A stretch of 32,653 nucleotides of DNA. Origin: Acidobacteriota bacterium (GTDB lineage Bacteria > Acidobacteriota > Blastocatellia > Pyrinomonadales > Pyrinomonadaceae). Where the stretch lies: NCBI GenBank assembly GCA_032230165.1, contig JAVXVR010000589.1, positions 1 to 32,653 on the forward strand. Reading direction: 5' to 3'. The notes under the pieces are model-generated. The model saw only the letters and a program-made list of their open reading frames with translations. It did no database searches and had not been told where the DNA came from. The position numbers were made by a program, and so were the translations under genes. Positions 1-7,250 of the stretch are shown here, one piece after another; within the stretch, counting starts at the first letter, position 1; every line of letters starts with the position of its first letter.

Positions 1-482
1 AGGTAGGTGTCGAACGCCGTCGAGGTCATCGTAATGACGACCTGCTGACCCGCCGTTCCCGTGAAGCTGTAGGCATCGTAGAAGGAGCCGTCAATAGGGT
101 TCGTACAGTCGCCGAACGCAAGCGTGCCGTTAACGCCGGCTGGATCGGAGCCAATCGAAGCAGTCGCATTGGCGCAGCCGAGCACCTGTGGGGTGACGCC
201 TCCGCCCGGTGCTGCCGAAGCCTTTGCCCCGCTCGCCTTGAACTTGCCGGGACTCACGGCGGGCTGCGTCGCCCCGGCTGCGCCCGTCTGCGTTGAATCG
301 CGCGGCGTTGCCTTCGGCGCTGTCCGAATGAAGCGCGCCGTTGCCCCGTCGCGTGCGCCGCTGAGAAACCGACTGGCGAACGCTGCGCCTTGCTTCATCT
401 CAGTGCCGGCGATGAGGGGCAGTGCGGCGGTGGCGACGAGCAGCGCGGCAAGGAGCACGATTCTGCCGGAGCGTAGTCTCAA
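1..482 (-). CDS. Secreted protein, N-terminal part only (gene runs off the window start); PPC (pre-peptidase C-terminal)-like domain
   Basis: Absent from the ORF track because it is truncated by the window edge. My reverse-complement translation from TTG at 482..480 gives MRLRSGRIVLLAALLVATAALPLIAG, a basic n-region plus hydrophobic core typical of a signal peptide. Further on it reads GTLAFGDCTNPIDGSFYDAYSFTGTAGQQVVITMTSTAFDTYL, a pattern typical of bacterial PPC domains. The start codon is uncertain because GAGG sits directly adjacent to the TTG. The plus-strand ORF 124..567 is its antisense shadow. Confidence 0.5.
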   Translation of the reverse strand, partial: MRLRSGRIVLLAALLVATAALPLIAGTEMKQGAAFASRFLSGARDGATARFIRTAPKATPRDSTQTGAAGATQPAVSPGKFKASGAKASAAPGGGVTPQVLGCANATASIGSDPAGVNGTLAFGDCTNPIDGSFYDAYSFTGTAGQQVVITMTSTAFDTY

Positions 483-756
483 CCTCGACGCGAGGGCGCA
501 TGTGTGTAATGAAGGCACGCGAGATTCTCAGACGGGACTTTATCGCAGGAGATATAAAGGAGATTAAGTGAAGCCGCAGATGTTAACCCGTTGACGTGGG
601 CGGCGGCACGCTCAAGCCGCGCGTCATGGCGAAGTCCGGCGAGCGCGCGGCAAGAACGTGAAAACGTTATCCGAAATACCACCCACGGTCAAGGCAGTGC
701 CACAGCAAAATTTGTCCGCGAAGGTCTGCCCCGCAAGCCCGCCGGTGAGCGACGCT

Positions 757-1275
757 TCAAATCGCGTCGCGCGCGTGCCACACACGGACGCTTGAGGGAT
801 CGCGTACTTGTGCGAGGAGCTGCCTGAAAGTTCTGCCGAGGACTGGGTGGCGCGCGTCGGGCGCGAGTTCGGCGAGCGGGGCGAGGACGAAGCGGCGCGC
901 GTGGAGGCGCGGGTGCGGGAGGCGTAGAAAGTCCGTGTCGGATTGCGCGTCGGCGTAGAGGAGGAGATCGAGATCAATCGTGCGCGCGGCGTTGAAGCCT
1001 TCGCGGCGACGACCCAAAGCGTGCTCGACGCGCAACAGCCGTGCGAGGAGTTGTTCGGGCGAGGGCGGCGTCCCGTCGAGCGAAAGCTCAGCGACCATGT
1101 TGAGGTAAAGCGGCTGCTCGTCTTCTACTTCGACCGGCTCAGTCTCATAGATCGAAGAGAGGCGCGTGACAACAAGCCCCGCGTCCAACATCCAGCGCAC
1201 GGCGAGGAGCAAATACCCGGCGCGGTCACCGAGATTCGAGCCGAGTCCGACGTAGGCGTGATCTGTTTCTGACAA
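757..1275 (-). CDS. folK: 2-amino-4-hydroxy-6-hydroxymethyldihydropteridine pyrophosphokinase (HPPK)
   Basis: 172 aa. It carries the hallmark HPPK motifs YVGLGSNLGDR, SSIYETEPV, PLYLNMV, RTIDLDLLLY and LRLPHPRLHARRFVLAPL. Confidence 0.9.
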   Translation of the reverse strand: MSETDHAYVGLGSNLGDRAGYLLLAVRWMLDAGLVVTRLSSIYETEPVEVEDEQPLYLNMVAELSLDGTPPSPEQLLARLLRVEHALGRRREGFNAARTIDLDLLLYADAQSDTDFLRLPHPRLHARRFVLAPLAELAPDARHPVLGRTFRQLLAQVRDPSSVRVWHARDAI

Positions 1276-1340
1276 GGTTGATTAATATTCGCGCCGCGCC
1301 AGTCGCGTGCTCGTGCTCTATCTCGCGTGCCGTCGTGTAC

Positions 1341-1369
1341 TTGCCGTCCCGCCGTTAACATATCATTAT
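1341..1369 (+). promoter_or_regulatory. Candidate sigma70-type promoter for the membrane-protein gene
   Basis: TTGCCG (about 1341-1346), a 17-nt spacer, then CATTAT (about 1364-1369), roughly 25 nt upstream of the ATG at 1394. Both hexamers match consensus at only 4 of 6 positions. Hand counted. Confidence 0.25.
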
Positions 1370-1393
1370 CGGCGGGCAGGGAACACACGAGGC

Positions 1394-3082
1394 ATGACGA
1401 TCGATCTACATCTCGAACAGGCGCGTGCGCTCGCGTGGCTCAAGTGGCGGCTCTTCCGCAACGCGATGAGATCGCGACGCGCGGCTTTGGGCAGCGCGGC
1501 TTCGGTGCTCGGCACGATCCTCGCCGTCGGGCTCGCGCTTCTATTCGCCGCAGGCATCGGCGTCGCCGCTTACGGTCTGACCGACGAGACGAACCCGATG
1601 CACCCGGTCGCGATGCGCGGCGGCACGCCTGAGCCGCTGCTGCTGCTCTTCGGGCTCTTGACGATCATCTTCGTGATGTGGTCGTTCATCCCGCTCAGCA
1701 CGGGGAGCACGAGCCAGTTCGATCCGGGTCGGCTGCTGCTCTATCCCATCAGCCTGCGCAAACTCTTCCTCATAGATTTCTTGAGCGATCTGACGAGCCT
1801 CGCCTCGATCTTCGCCGTGCCCGCCGTTCTCGCCGTCGGCGTCGGCGCTGGTATAGCGGGCGGAAATTTACCGCGCGGACTCTTCGCCGCACTCTTCGCG
1901 GCGGCGTTCGGCGTCGCGCTCGCAAAACTTTTCGCGACGACCGTCACCAGCCTGATGCGTCGCCGACGCGGTCGCGCCGAGACGCTGGTCGCCATCGTCA
2001 GCATCATCGCGGCAATGTCGGGTCTCATCATCCAGTTCGGCGTGCGCGCGGTCGCGGGGGCGAAAAGTTTTCCGCCCGCGCTCCTCTGGACGCCGCCCGG
2101 CGCGCTCGTGCTCGCTTTGACTTCGGGACTCAGAGAGAACGGCGCACAGACTTACGCGCGCGCGCTTGCGACGCTCGCGGTTTACGTTTGCCTGGCGACG
2201 TGGCTGACGTACCGCGTCGCCGTCCGCTCGCTCAACTCAAGCGGCGGGGCACAGAGATCGCGCGCCGTGCTCGCCGCGCAAGAGCGCGCGACGGTAAAGC
2301 CGGGCTGGCAGTTGCCGCTAGTTCCGGCGACGGTCTCGACCGTCTTCGAGAAGGAACTGCGCTACGCGATGCGCAACGCGCAGCTACGGACGATGATGGT
2401 GATGCCGGTCGTGATGACCGTCGCGCTCAGGTTCGCGGGCTCGTCGTCGCGCCGCGCGGCGTTCGCGGGGCTGCCGCTCTCGGTCGCGCCTTACGTCGAG
2501 GGCGCGCGCGCCGCGCTCGGCGTCTTCTACGTCTTCGCCATCACGAGCGCAATCACGACGAACTGTTTCGGCTACGATGCGGCGGGGATGCGCGCGTTCG
2601 TCCTCGCACCCGTCCCGCGCCGCCACGTCCTCGCGGGGAAAAACCTCGCGATGCTCGTCGTCATGTTCACGTCAGCCATGCTCGTCACTGCGGCGAACCG
2701 GATCGTTTACGGCGACCTCGGTCCCCGCGCGCTCGGCTTCACCGCGCTCGGATTTTTGTTCTATGCGGGCGCGTTCTTCTCGTTCGGCAACTTCTTCTCG
2801 GTGCGCTTTCCGAGGCGTATGCAATACGGGAAGCGCATGAAGGCGTCGGGCGTGGCGGGGCTGCTCCTGCTGCCGCTCTTTCTCGTGACGATTGCCGTCC
2901 CCGCGCTCGCCGTCGTCGCGGGCTGGCTCGCGCAGAGCGTGTTCGTCGAGTATGTTATACTCGCCGCGTTCGCGCTCATCGCCGTCGCCGCTTATTTCCT
3001 GCTGTTAAATTGGCAGGCGCGCGCGCTCGAAGAACGTGAACTTGACATTCTCGAAACGGTCGCGCGCCGCGATGAAGACTGA
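1394..3082 (+). CDS. Polytopic integral membrane protein, ABC-2 / 'putative ABC exporter'-like permease, uncharacterised
   Basis: Track ORF 1307..3082. I prefer the in-frame ATG at 1394 (MTIDLHLEQARALAWLKWRLF...). The protein has many long hydrophobic segments (for example AASVLGTILAVGLALLFAAGIGVAAYGL, LLLLFGLLTIIFVMWSFIPL, VAGLLLLPLFLVTIAVPALAVVAGWL) separated by R-rich loops. There is no cognate ATPase gene next to it. The R-rich alternative-frame ORF 1678..3039 is rejected. Confidence 0.6.
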   Translation: MTIDLHLEQARALAWLKWRLFRNAMRSRRAALGSAASVLGTILAVGLALLFAAGIGVAAYGLTDETNPMHPVAMRGGTPEPLLLLFGLLTIIFVMWSFIPLSTGSTSQFDPGRLLLYPISLRKLFLIDFLSDLTSLASIFAVPAVLAVGVGAGIAGGNLPRGLFAALFAAAFGVALAKLFATTVTSLMRRRRGRAETLVAIVSIIAAMSGLIIQFGVRAVAGAKSFPPALLWTPPGALVLALTSGLRENGAQTYARALATLAVYVCLATWLTYRVAVRSLNSSGGAQRSRAVLAAQERATVKPGWQLPLVPATVSTVFEKELRYAMRNAQLRTMMVMPVVMTVALRFAGSSSRRAAFAGLPLSVAPYVEGARAALGVFYVFAITSAITTNCFGYDAAGMRAFVLAPVPRRHVLAGKNLAMLVVMFTSAMLVTAANRIVYGDLGPRALGFTALGFLFYAGAFFSFGNFFSVRFPRRMQYGKRMKASGVAGLLLLPLFLVTIAVPALAVVAGWLAQSVFVEYVILAAFALIAVAAYFLLLNWQARALEERELDILETVARRDED

Positions 3083-3127
3083 TCGCGGACGGGGCGTGGC
3101 TCGCGTTCGAGAAAATCTGATTCCAGT

Positions 3128-3162
3128 GATGCGCGCTTCATCATTTTTCCTGAGCGCGCATC
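3128..3162. repeat. Perfect 10-bp inverted repeat (stem-loop) in the intergenic region; possible terminator or operator
   Basis: GATGCGCGCT, a 15-nt loop, then AGCGCGCATC, between the permease-like gene and the AlbA_2 gene. No U-tract follows, so its function is unclear. Hand counted. Confidence 0.4.
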
Positions 3163-3202
3163 CGGGCGGGGAAGCTAACGAAGCGAGACCGTCCTGACAA
3201 AA

Positions 3203-4528
3203 ATGGCTCGCAGAAAGTTTCGCGGCAACCAGCGGCACGCGTCCGAGACGGAACGCTCTTTCCAGGAGTACGTCTTCAACGCGCCCGCGCCGCAGACCTC
3301 GCGCATGGAGCTGTTGCGCCTCGCGCGCGGCGGCGAAGACACCTTCCTCGAACTCAAAGTCAAACTTTCAAACCCTGAGCGGATCGCACAGGAGATCGTC
3401 GCGCTCGCCAACACAGGCGGCGGCACCATCGTCTTCGGCGTCAACGACAACCTGCGCGTCGAAGGCGTGGACGACGCCGAAGAGGTGCGCGACGAACTGG
3501 TGCGCATCTGCCGCGAGGAAGTTCTTCCCGCACTCGTCCCGTTCATCGATCTCATCGCGTTCGACAGCGGTCGGCGCATCGTCTCGCTCGACGTTGAAGG
3601 CAAGCGTCGCCCGTATCAGACGACGGACGGTCGCTACTACATACGCGTCGGCGCGGACAAGCGCGAGGCGACGCGCGAAGAGCTGTCGGAGCTGTTAGAC
3701 GAAGCGCGCCCTCTGCGCTACGAGAAAATTGCGTTGCGCGGGGCGAAGCCTTCGGACATAGACGAGGCGCACCTGTGGAGTTTCGTGCGCGAGTTTGAGG
3801 GCGATGCCTTCGACGCCAACTCCGTGACGAAAGACTACCCGACGGGCGACGTCTTGAAGCGCGAGCTGCTGCTCGCCGCCGGGCACATGGACGAGGTCGT
3901 GCCCACGGTCGCGGGACTGCTGCTCTTCGGTCGCGACGAGCGCGTCACAGAGTTTCTGCCGCGCGCGAGCGTCACCGCCGTCCGCTACGCGGGCGAGACG
4001 ACGCAAGGAGCGGAGATCGAGCGCGCACAGCTCACGGGCAATTTGCACACGCTCTACGAGTCCTCCCTGCGCTTCGTCGCGCGCTACTGCGACCTGTGGG
4101 ACAAGCGACCGCCGCGCGCCGCCGCCGCCGCGAGTGTGGAGAGTGAAAGCGGCGACGCGCACAAGTTCGCGCGCTCGAACTACCAGCGCGCGTCGGTCGC
4201 AGAGGCTCTGGCGAACGCGCTCACGCATCGCGATCTGGCGCTGCGCGAGCGCCCGACGCGCCTCAATGTCTTCGACCGCTCAATCGAGATCGTCAACCCG
4301 CGCCGCACCTCGGGCTTTGCGCCCCCCGCGCAGCGCGCCATCCGTTACGGCATCCCGCAGCGTCTGAACCCGCAGACCTCTGCGATCTTCACGAGCCCGG
4401 CTTACGGTCTCGACTTGCCGCGCGGCGGCTTGCCTGCGCTCCTGCGCGGCGCGCGACTCTTTGCGGGTCGGCGACCAGAGATTCACGCCTTCAACGACGA
4501 GTTTCGTTTGCGGATTTTCGGGGTGTAA
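3203..4528 (+). CDS. AlbA_2 (Schlafen-like 'divergent AAA') domain protein with a C-terminal HATPase_c_4-like region; putative nucleic-acid-binding or regulatory protein
   Basis: The N-terminal region reads GEDTFLELKVKLSNPERIAQEIVALANTGGGTIVFGVNDN..VEGV...YYIRVGADKREATREELSELL, which fits the AlbA_2 pattern (E..lEfK ... AfaNt.GG.i.iGv ... yiR.gs.t..a). The C-terminal region reads EALANALTHRDLALRERPTRLNVFDRSIEIVNPRR, which fits the RecG-C-terminal/HATPase_c_4-like pattern. An alternative in-frame start is ATG 3305 (MELLRLARGGED). Confidence 0.75.
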   Translation: MARRKFRGNQRHASETERSFQEYVFNAPAPQTSRMELLRLARGGEDTFLELKVKLSNPERIAQEIVALANTGGGTIVFGVNDNLRVEGVDDAEEVRDELVRICREEVLPALVPFIDLIAFDSGRRIVSLDVEGKRRPYQTTDGRYYIRVGADKREATREELSELLDEARPLRYEKIALRGAKPSDIDEAHLWSFVREFEGDAFDANSVTKDYPTGDVLKRELLLAAGHMDEVVPTVAGLLLFGRDERVTEFLPRASVTAVRYAGETTQGAEIERAQLTGNLHTLYESSLRFVARYCDLWDKRPPRAAAAASVESESGDAHKFARSNYQRASVAEALANALTHRDLALRERPTRLNVFDRSIEIVNPRRTSGFAPPAQRAIRYGIPQRLNPQTSAIFTSPAYGLDLPRGGLPALLRGARLFAGRRPEIHAFNDEFRLRIFGV

Positions 4529-4569
4529 AAAATAAGCTCGCGGGCGCGCGAAACGCCCGGATAAATTTT

Positions 4570-4601
4570 AAGGGCAGCCGATTTATGAACCGGCTGCCCT
4601 T
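4570..4601. terminator. Strong hairpin between convergent genes (candidate bidirectional terminator)
   Basis: AAGGGCAGCCG, a 10-nt loop, then CGGCTGCCCTT: a perfect 11-bp stem between the stops at 4528 (+) and 4628 (-). The flanking A/T stretches are short, so there is no classical U-tract. Confidence 0.5.
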
Positions 4602-4627
4602 AACATTTGGTTGACTGTGTTTGTGCC

Positions 4628-5872
4628 CTACTTCTTCTGCGCGTCGGCGGTCGCGGCGGGCGCGGGCGCGATGTAGAACTGCCGGTGGTTGACCTCAAAC
4701 TCTTTGTCGTCGTAAACGCCGTCGCCATTCACATCAACCTTGACCTCGATCTTGTGCTTCTTGCCGTCGCGGCGCTCGCCGGGATTGTAGGCGAGGCTGT
4801 ACTGGCTGCGCATCATGGCGTTGATCGCTTGGATGGTGCTCGTCAGTTCACCCTCGAAGGTGACGGGGAAGTACGCGCCGCCCGTCTCGCGCGCGAAGGT
4901 GCCGAGCGCGTTCGCCGCCTGAAGGAAGGTCATGCGACCGGGCGCGCCCGTGATCGAGTCGGTCGCGCCGAGTTGGGACTCGTACCGCTTGTAGAACATA
5001 TTGCCCGTCCCGATGATGTAGATCGGGATACCGGCATTCTGCGTGATCTTGCGCGCCGTGTCGTAGTTGATCTTACTGAAGGTGTCTATGCCTGAGGCGA
5101 TCAAAAGCACCGCGCGCCTCCGCCCCTGCACGCTCACGAGCCCGTTGTACTCCGCCGTGCCGTTGCCGCCTTCGAGCACAACGGCGTCGCCCTTGCCGCC
5201 GACGAGCGTGAACTTGAGCGCGTCGTAGAGATTATTCTCGCGGAAGGCGGGCTGGCTGCGCAGCAGCAGGCTGATGACTTCGTTGAGGCGCGCGGGGTTG
5301 TTCGTGAAGTCGGTCAAAGTCGTCGGGCGCATGTCGAAGGCGACGACCGAGACGTAGTCGCCGCGCGAGACGGCGTCCTGCATGAAGACGGCGGCGGGCG
5401 TGATGACCTCGGTCTTGCCCCAGTCCCAGCCGTTCGTCTGCGCCAGCCCGAACGCTTCAGTCCACTTACTGAACTCGATGACGACGGCGACGTTTAACTT
5501 CGCCTCCGGCGTCGCGAAGTTCGTGATCTCCTGCTTGACGCCGTCCTCGAAGACGGCAAAGTTCGCCTTCGTCAAATTCGCGATGAGCTGGTGGCTCTTT
5601 TTGTGGATGACGACGGCGTCCACGTTGACGAGATTCGTCGTGACCTTCTCGACCTCCGAGGGTACGTTTAAGACTTCCTGCGGCGGCGGCTCTTCTTCCT
5701 TCTTCTTCTGCTCCTCAGTCTTCTGCTCATCGGGGCGCTTGTTCTTCTTCTCCGGCGTGGTCGGCTGCGTGCGGCGCGACTGCGCGAGGACTTGCGGCGC
5801 GCCCGACGAGACGAGCGCAAGGGCGAGCACCAAAAGCAGTGCGAAGGTGCGACGAGAGAGAGCAGCTTTCAT
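4628..5872 (-). CDS. Secreted VWA-domain protein of the Acidobacteria-type 'VWFA-related' family
   Basis: Track ORF 4628..5971. I prefer the in-frame ATG at 5872, which gives MKAALSRRTFALLLVLALALVSSGAPQVLAQ (signal peptide). A K/E/P-rich linker follows. Next comes NLVNVDAVVIHKKSHQLIANLTKANFAVFEDGVKQEITNF, the N-terminal module typical of the acidobacterial VWFA family. The VWA core follows (RRAVLLIASGIDTFS..., IPIYIIGTGN). Confidence 0.75.
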   Translation of the reverse strand: MKAALSRRTFALLLVLALALVSSGAPQVLAQSRRTQPTTPEKKNKRPDEQKTEEQKKKEEEPPPQEVLNVPSEVEKVTTNLVNVDAVVIHKKSHQLIANLTKANFAVFEDGVKQEITNFATPEAKLNVAVVIEFSKWTEAFGLAQTNGWDWGKTEVITPAAVFMQDAVSRGDYVSVVAFDMRPTTLTDFTNNPARLNEVISLLLRSQPAFRENNLYDALKFTLVGGKGDAVVLEGGNGTAEYNGLVSVQGRRRAVLLIASGIDTFSKINYDTARKITQNAGIPIYIIGTGNMFYKRYESQLGATDSITGAPGRMTFLQAANALGTFARETGGAYFPVTFEGELTSTIQAINAMMRSQYSLAYNPGERRDGKKHKIEVKVDVNGDGVYDDKEFEVNHRQFYIAPAPAATADAQKK

Positions 5873-5990
5873 GACTTCAAAACCTCTTCGAGACTTCTTC
5901 GAGACCAGGGCGGGAGACGTTTCAGCTTTGCTATAAGAATGATAGTAAGGCTCGCCCGCACGGAGATGCAAGAAGTAGGATGCCTAAAAA

Positions 5991-6113
5991 CAGAGGTTAG
6001 ATGTCAGAGGTCAGAGGTTAGAGGTTAGAGGTTAGACTAAAAACAAAAGACGCGGCGCGCATTATTTCGCGCCGCGTCTCTACTAATCTCTAATCTCTAA
6101 CCTCTGACCTCTG
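5991..6113. repeat. Heptamer tandem repeats (GAGGTTA/GAGGTCA) arranged as a long imperfect palindrome around a terminator hairpin
   Basis: Left arm, about 5993-6034: GAGGTTA GATGTCA GAGGTCA GAGGTTA GAGGTTA GAGGTTA. Right arm, about 6084-6111: TAATCTC TAATCTC TAACCTC TGACCTC, the reverse complements of GAGATTA, GAGATTA, GAGGTTA and GAGGTCA. The arms flank the inner 12-bp hairpin at 6048-6079. Confidence 0.85.
6048..6079 (-). terminator. Rho-independent terminator of the 6117..6908 gene
   Basis: AGACGCGGCGCG, an 8-nt loop, then CGCGCCGCGTCT: a perfect 12-bp GC-rich stem. On the minus strand it is followed by TTTGTTTTT, the reverse complement of AAAAACAAA at about 6039-6047. Confidence 0.75.
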
Positions 6114-6116
6114 CTT

Positions 6117-6908
6117 TTACGGTCTGTTTCCCGCGACCGCCTCCGCCTCGACCGTCACGTCGTAAGCGCCGGTGTTGTCGTTCAGATTTCCTTCGTTGAC
6201 GCCGAGGAAGAGCCGCCCGTCGCGCTGTGCGATGAACTCGCGGTTCGCGCCGATGAAGATGAAGTCGTCGTTGTCGTCGCCGATGACGGCGATCAGTCCG
6301 CCGGTCGGCTGGTTACGCATCAGCTTGTCGCGGTCGGCTTGGGCGGGCAGCCCCGTGGGCGTCGAGAAGATGCCGCCGCCGAGATTGACGCGCCCCTGCG
6401 CCGTGAGGCGCAGGCGCTGACCCTTTCGCACCATCAGACCGGAATCCGTCCAGCCGTTCGAGGCGTTGTCGGCGCGCACGCGCAGGCGGATCGGGAAGAA
6501 GATCGGCGACGCGCCGCCCGTCGGGCGACTCACGCCCGCGTCATTCGGTTGCGTCGTCGTCGTGTTGCGCGGCGAGGCTTGCGGCGCGGGTCGGTTGTCG
6601 GCGGGGAAGGGCTGCGAGTTGTTCGTGTCGTTCGCGGCAGCGTTATCGTCCGCCGGATTGTTCGCGTTCGCCGCTGCGGCAGCGTTGTCGAACTCGATGG
6701 ACTCCACGTCCTCCGCGTAGATCGTGATGCGGCTGCGGCGACCGCGCGCGCCGCCGATGAGCACGGTGAACTGTTGATCCTTGTAGCCGATGATCTGACC
6801 GCGTATGACCGAGCCGTCGCGCAGGCGCAGCGTGTCGGCGAGGGCGAGCGCGCCCGAAGAGGCGAGGAGCGCGAGCGAGAAGACCATGGCGGCGAACTTC
6901 CTGAGCAT
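6117..6908 (-). CDS. Secreted protein with a C-terminal PA-IL (LecA)-like beta-sandwich domain
   Basis: Signal peptide MLRKFAAMVFSLALLASSGALALA. GGAGGA lies 6 nt upstream of the ATG. A small N-terminal domain is followed by an N/A/P/T-rich linker. The C-terminal part reads NGWTDSGLMVRKGQRLRLTAQGRVNLGG...GGLIAVIGDDNDDFIFIGANREFIAQRDGRLFLGVNEGNLNDNTGAYDVTV, which resembles PA-IL/LecA-like domains. Confidence 0.6.
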   Translation of the reverse strand: MLRKFAAMVFSLALLASSGALALADTLRLRDGSVIRGQIIGYKDQQFTVLIGGARGRRSRITIYAEDVESIEFDNAAAAANANNPADDNAAANDTNNSQPFPADNRPAPQASPRNTTTTQPNDAGVSRPTGGASPIFFPIRLRVRADNASNGWTDSGLMVRKGQRLRLTAQGRVNLGGGIFSTPTGLPAQADRDKLMRNQPTGGLIAVIGDDNDDFIFIGANREFIAQRDGRLFLGVNEGNLNDNTGAYDVTVEAEAVAGNRP

Positions 6909-7074
6909 TATGATTCCTCCGAGGCGGATCGATTCGACTATCGGACGTTTACCAGACAGAGGCGCGCTTTGGCAAGCGGGAGAGAGTCAGCCGCACAGAT
7001 GGCGCGAGCGTGGCGCGCGGTTGCCTGAAAAGTGAGGCGCGAACCCACCGCGAAGGCGCGTGCCGCCCCGCGCA

Positions 7075-7110
7075 AGAGAAAAAGGCTGGCGCGATTCCTT
7101 CGCGCCAGCC
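7075..7110 (-). terminator. Rho-independent terminator downstream of the 7251..10682 gene
   Basis: GGCTGGCGCG, a 7-nt loop, then CGCGCCAGCC: a 10-bp stem. On the minus strand it is followed by TTTTTCTCTT. Confidence 0.65.
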
Positions 7111-7207
7111 CTCAATGTTCGACGGCAGTCAGCCGCGCCTCACTGCATCATCAACGCGCCGCCCGCCCGCTGTGACGCGCATCAGCGCGCGTCAGTAAAG
7201 ATGACGA

Positions 7208-7239
7208 GAGGGAGTGCGCGCCTGATAGCACACTCCCTC
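7208..7239 (-). terminator. Hairpin immediately after the stop of the 7251..10682 gene
   Basis: GAGGGAGTG, a 14-nt loop, then CACTCCCTC: a perfect 9-bp stem 12 nt past the stop codon. The downstream T-tract is weak. A third hairpin (TGACGCGC..GCGCGTCA) lies at about 7171-7192. Confidence 0.4.
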
Positions 7240-7250
7240 CCGTCGTTTGG

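Noticed and set aside
124-567. Plus-strand ORF 124..567 (147 aa)
   Set aside because: It is an A/P/G-rich shadow frame. The opposite strand encodes a protein with a clean signal peptide and a PPC-like domain.
752-775. 7-bp inverted repeat GCGACGC..GCGTCGC overlapping the folK stop, as a possible terminator
   Set aside because: The stem is short and no U-tract follows on the minus strand. It is likely a fortuitous GC-rich palindrome.
1678-3039. 453-aa ORF in an alternative frame of the permease gene
   Set aside because: Its composition is extremely R/A/G-rich with no recognisable motifs, which is typical of an out-of-frame ORF in GC-rich DNA. The overlapping frame encodes a coherent polytopic membrane protein.
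5991-6113. CRISPR array
   Set aside because: The repeat unit is only 7 nt and strictly tandem, with no spacers. The two arrays are inverted around a terminator. No cas genes are present in the window.
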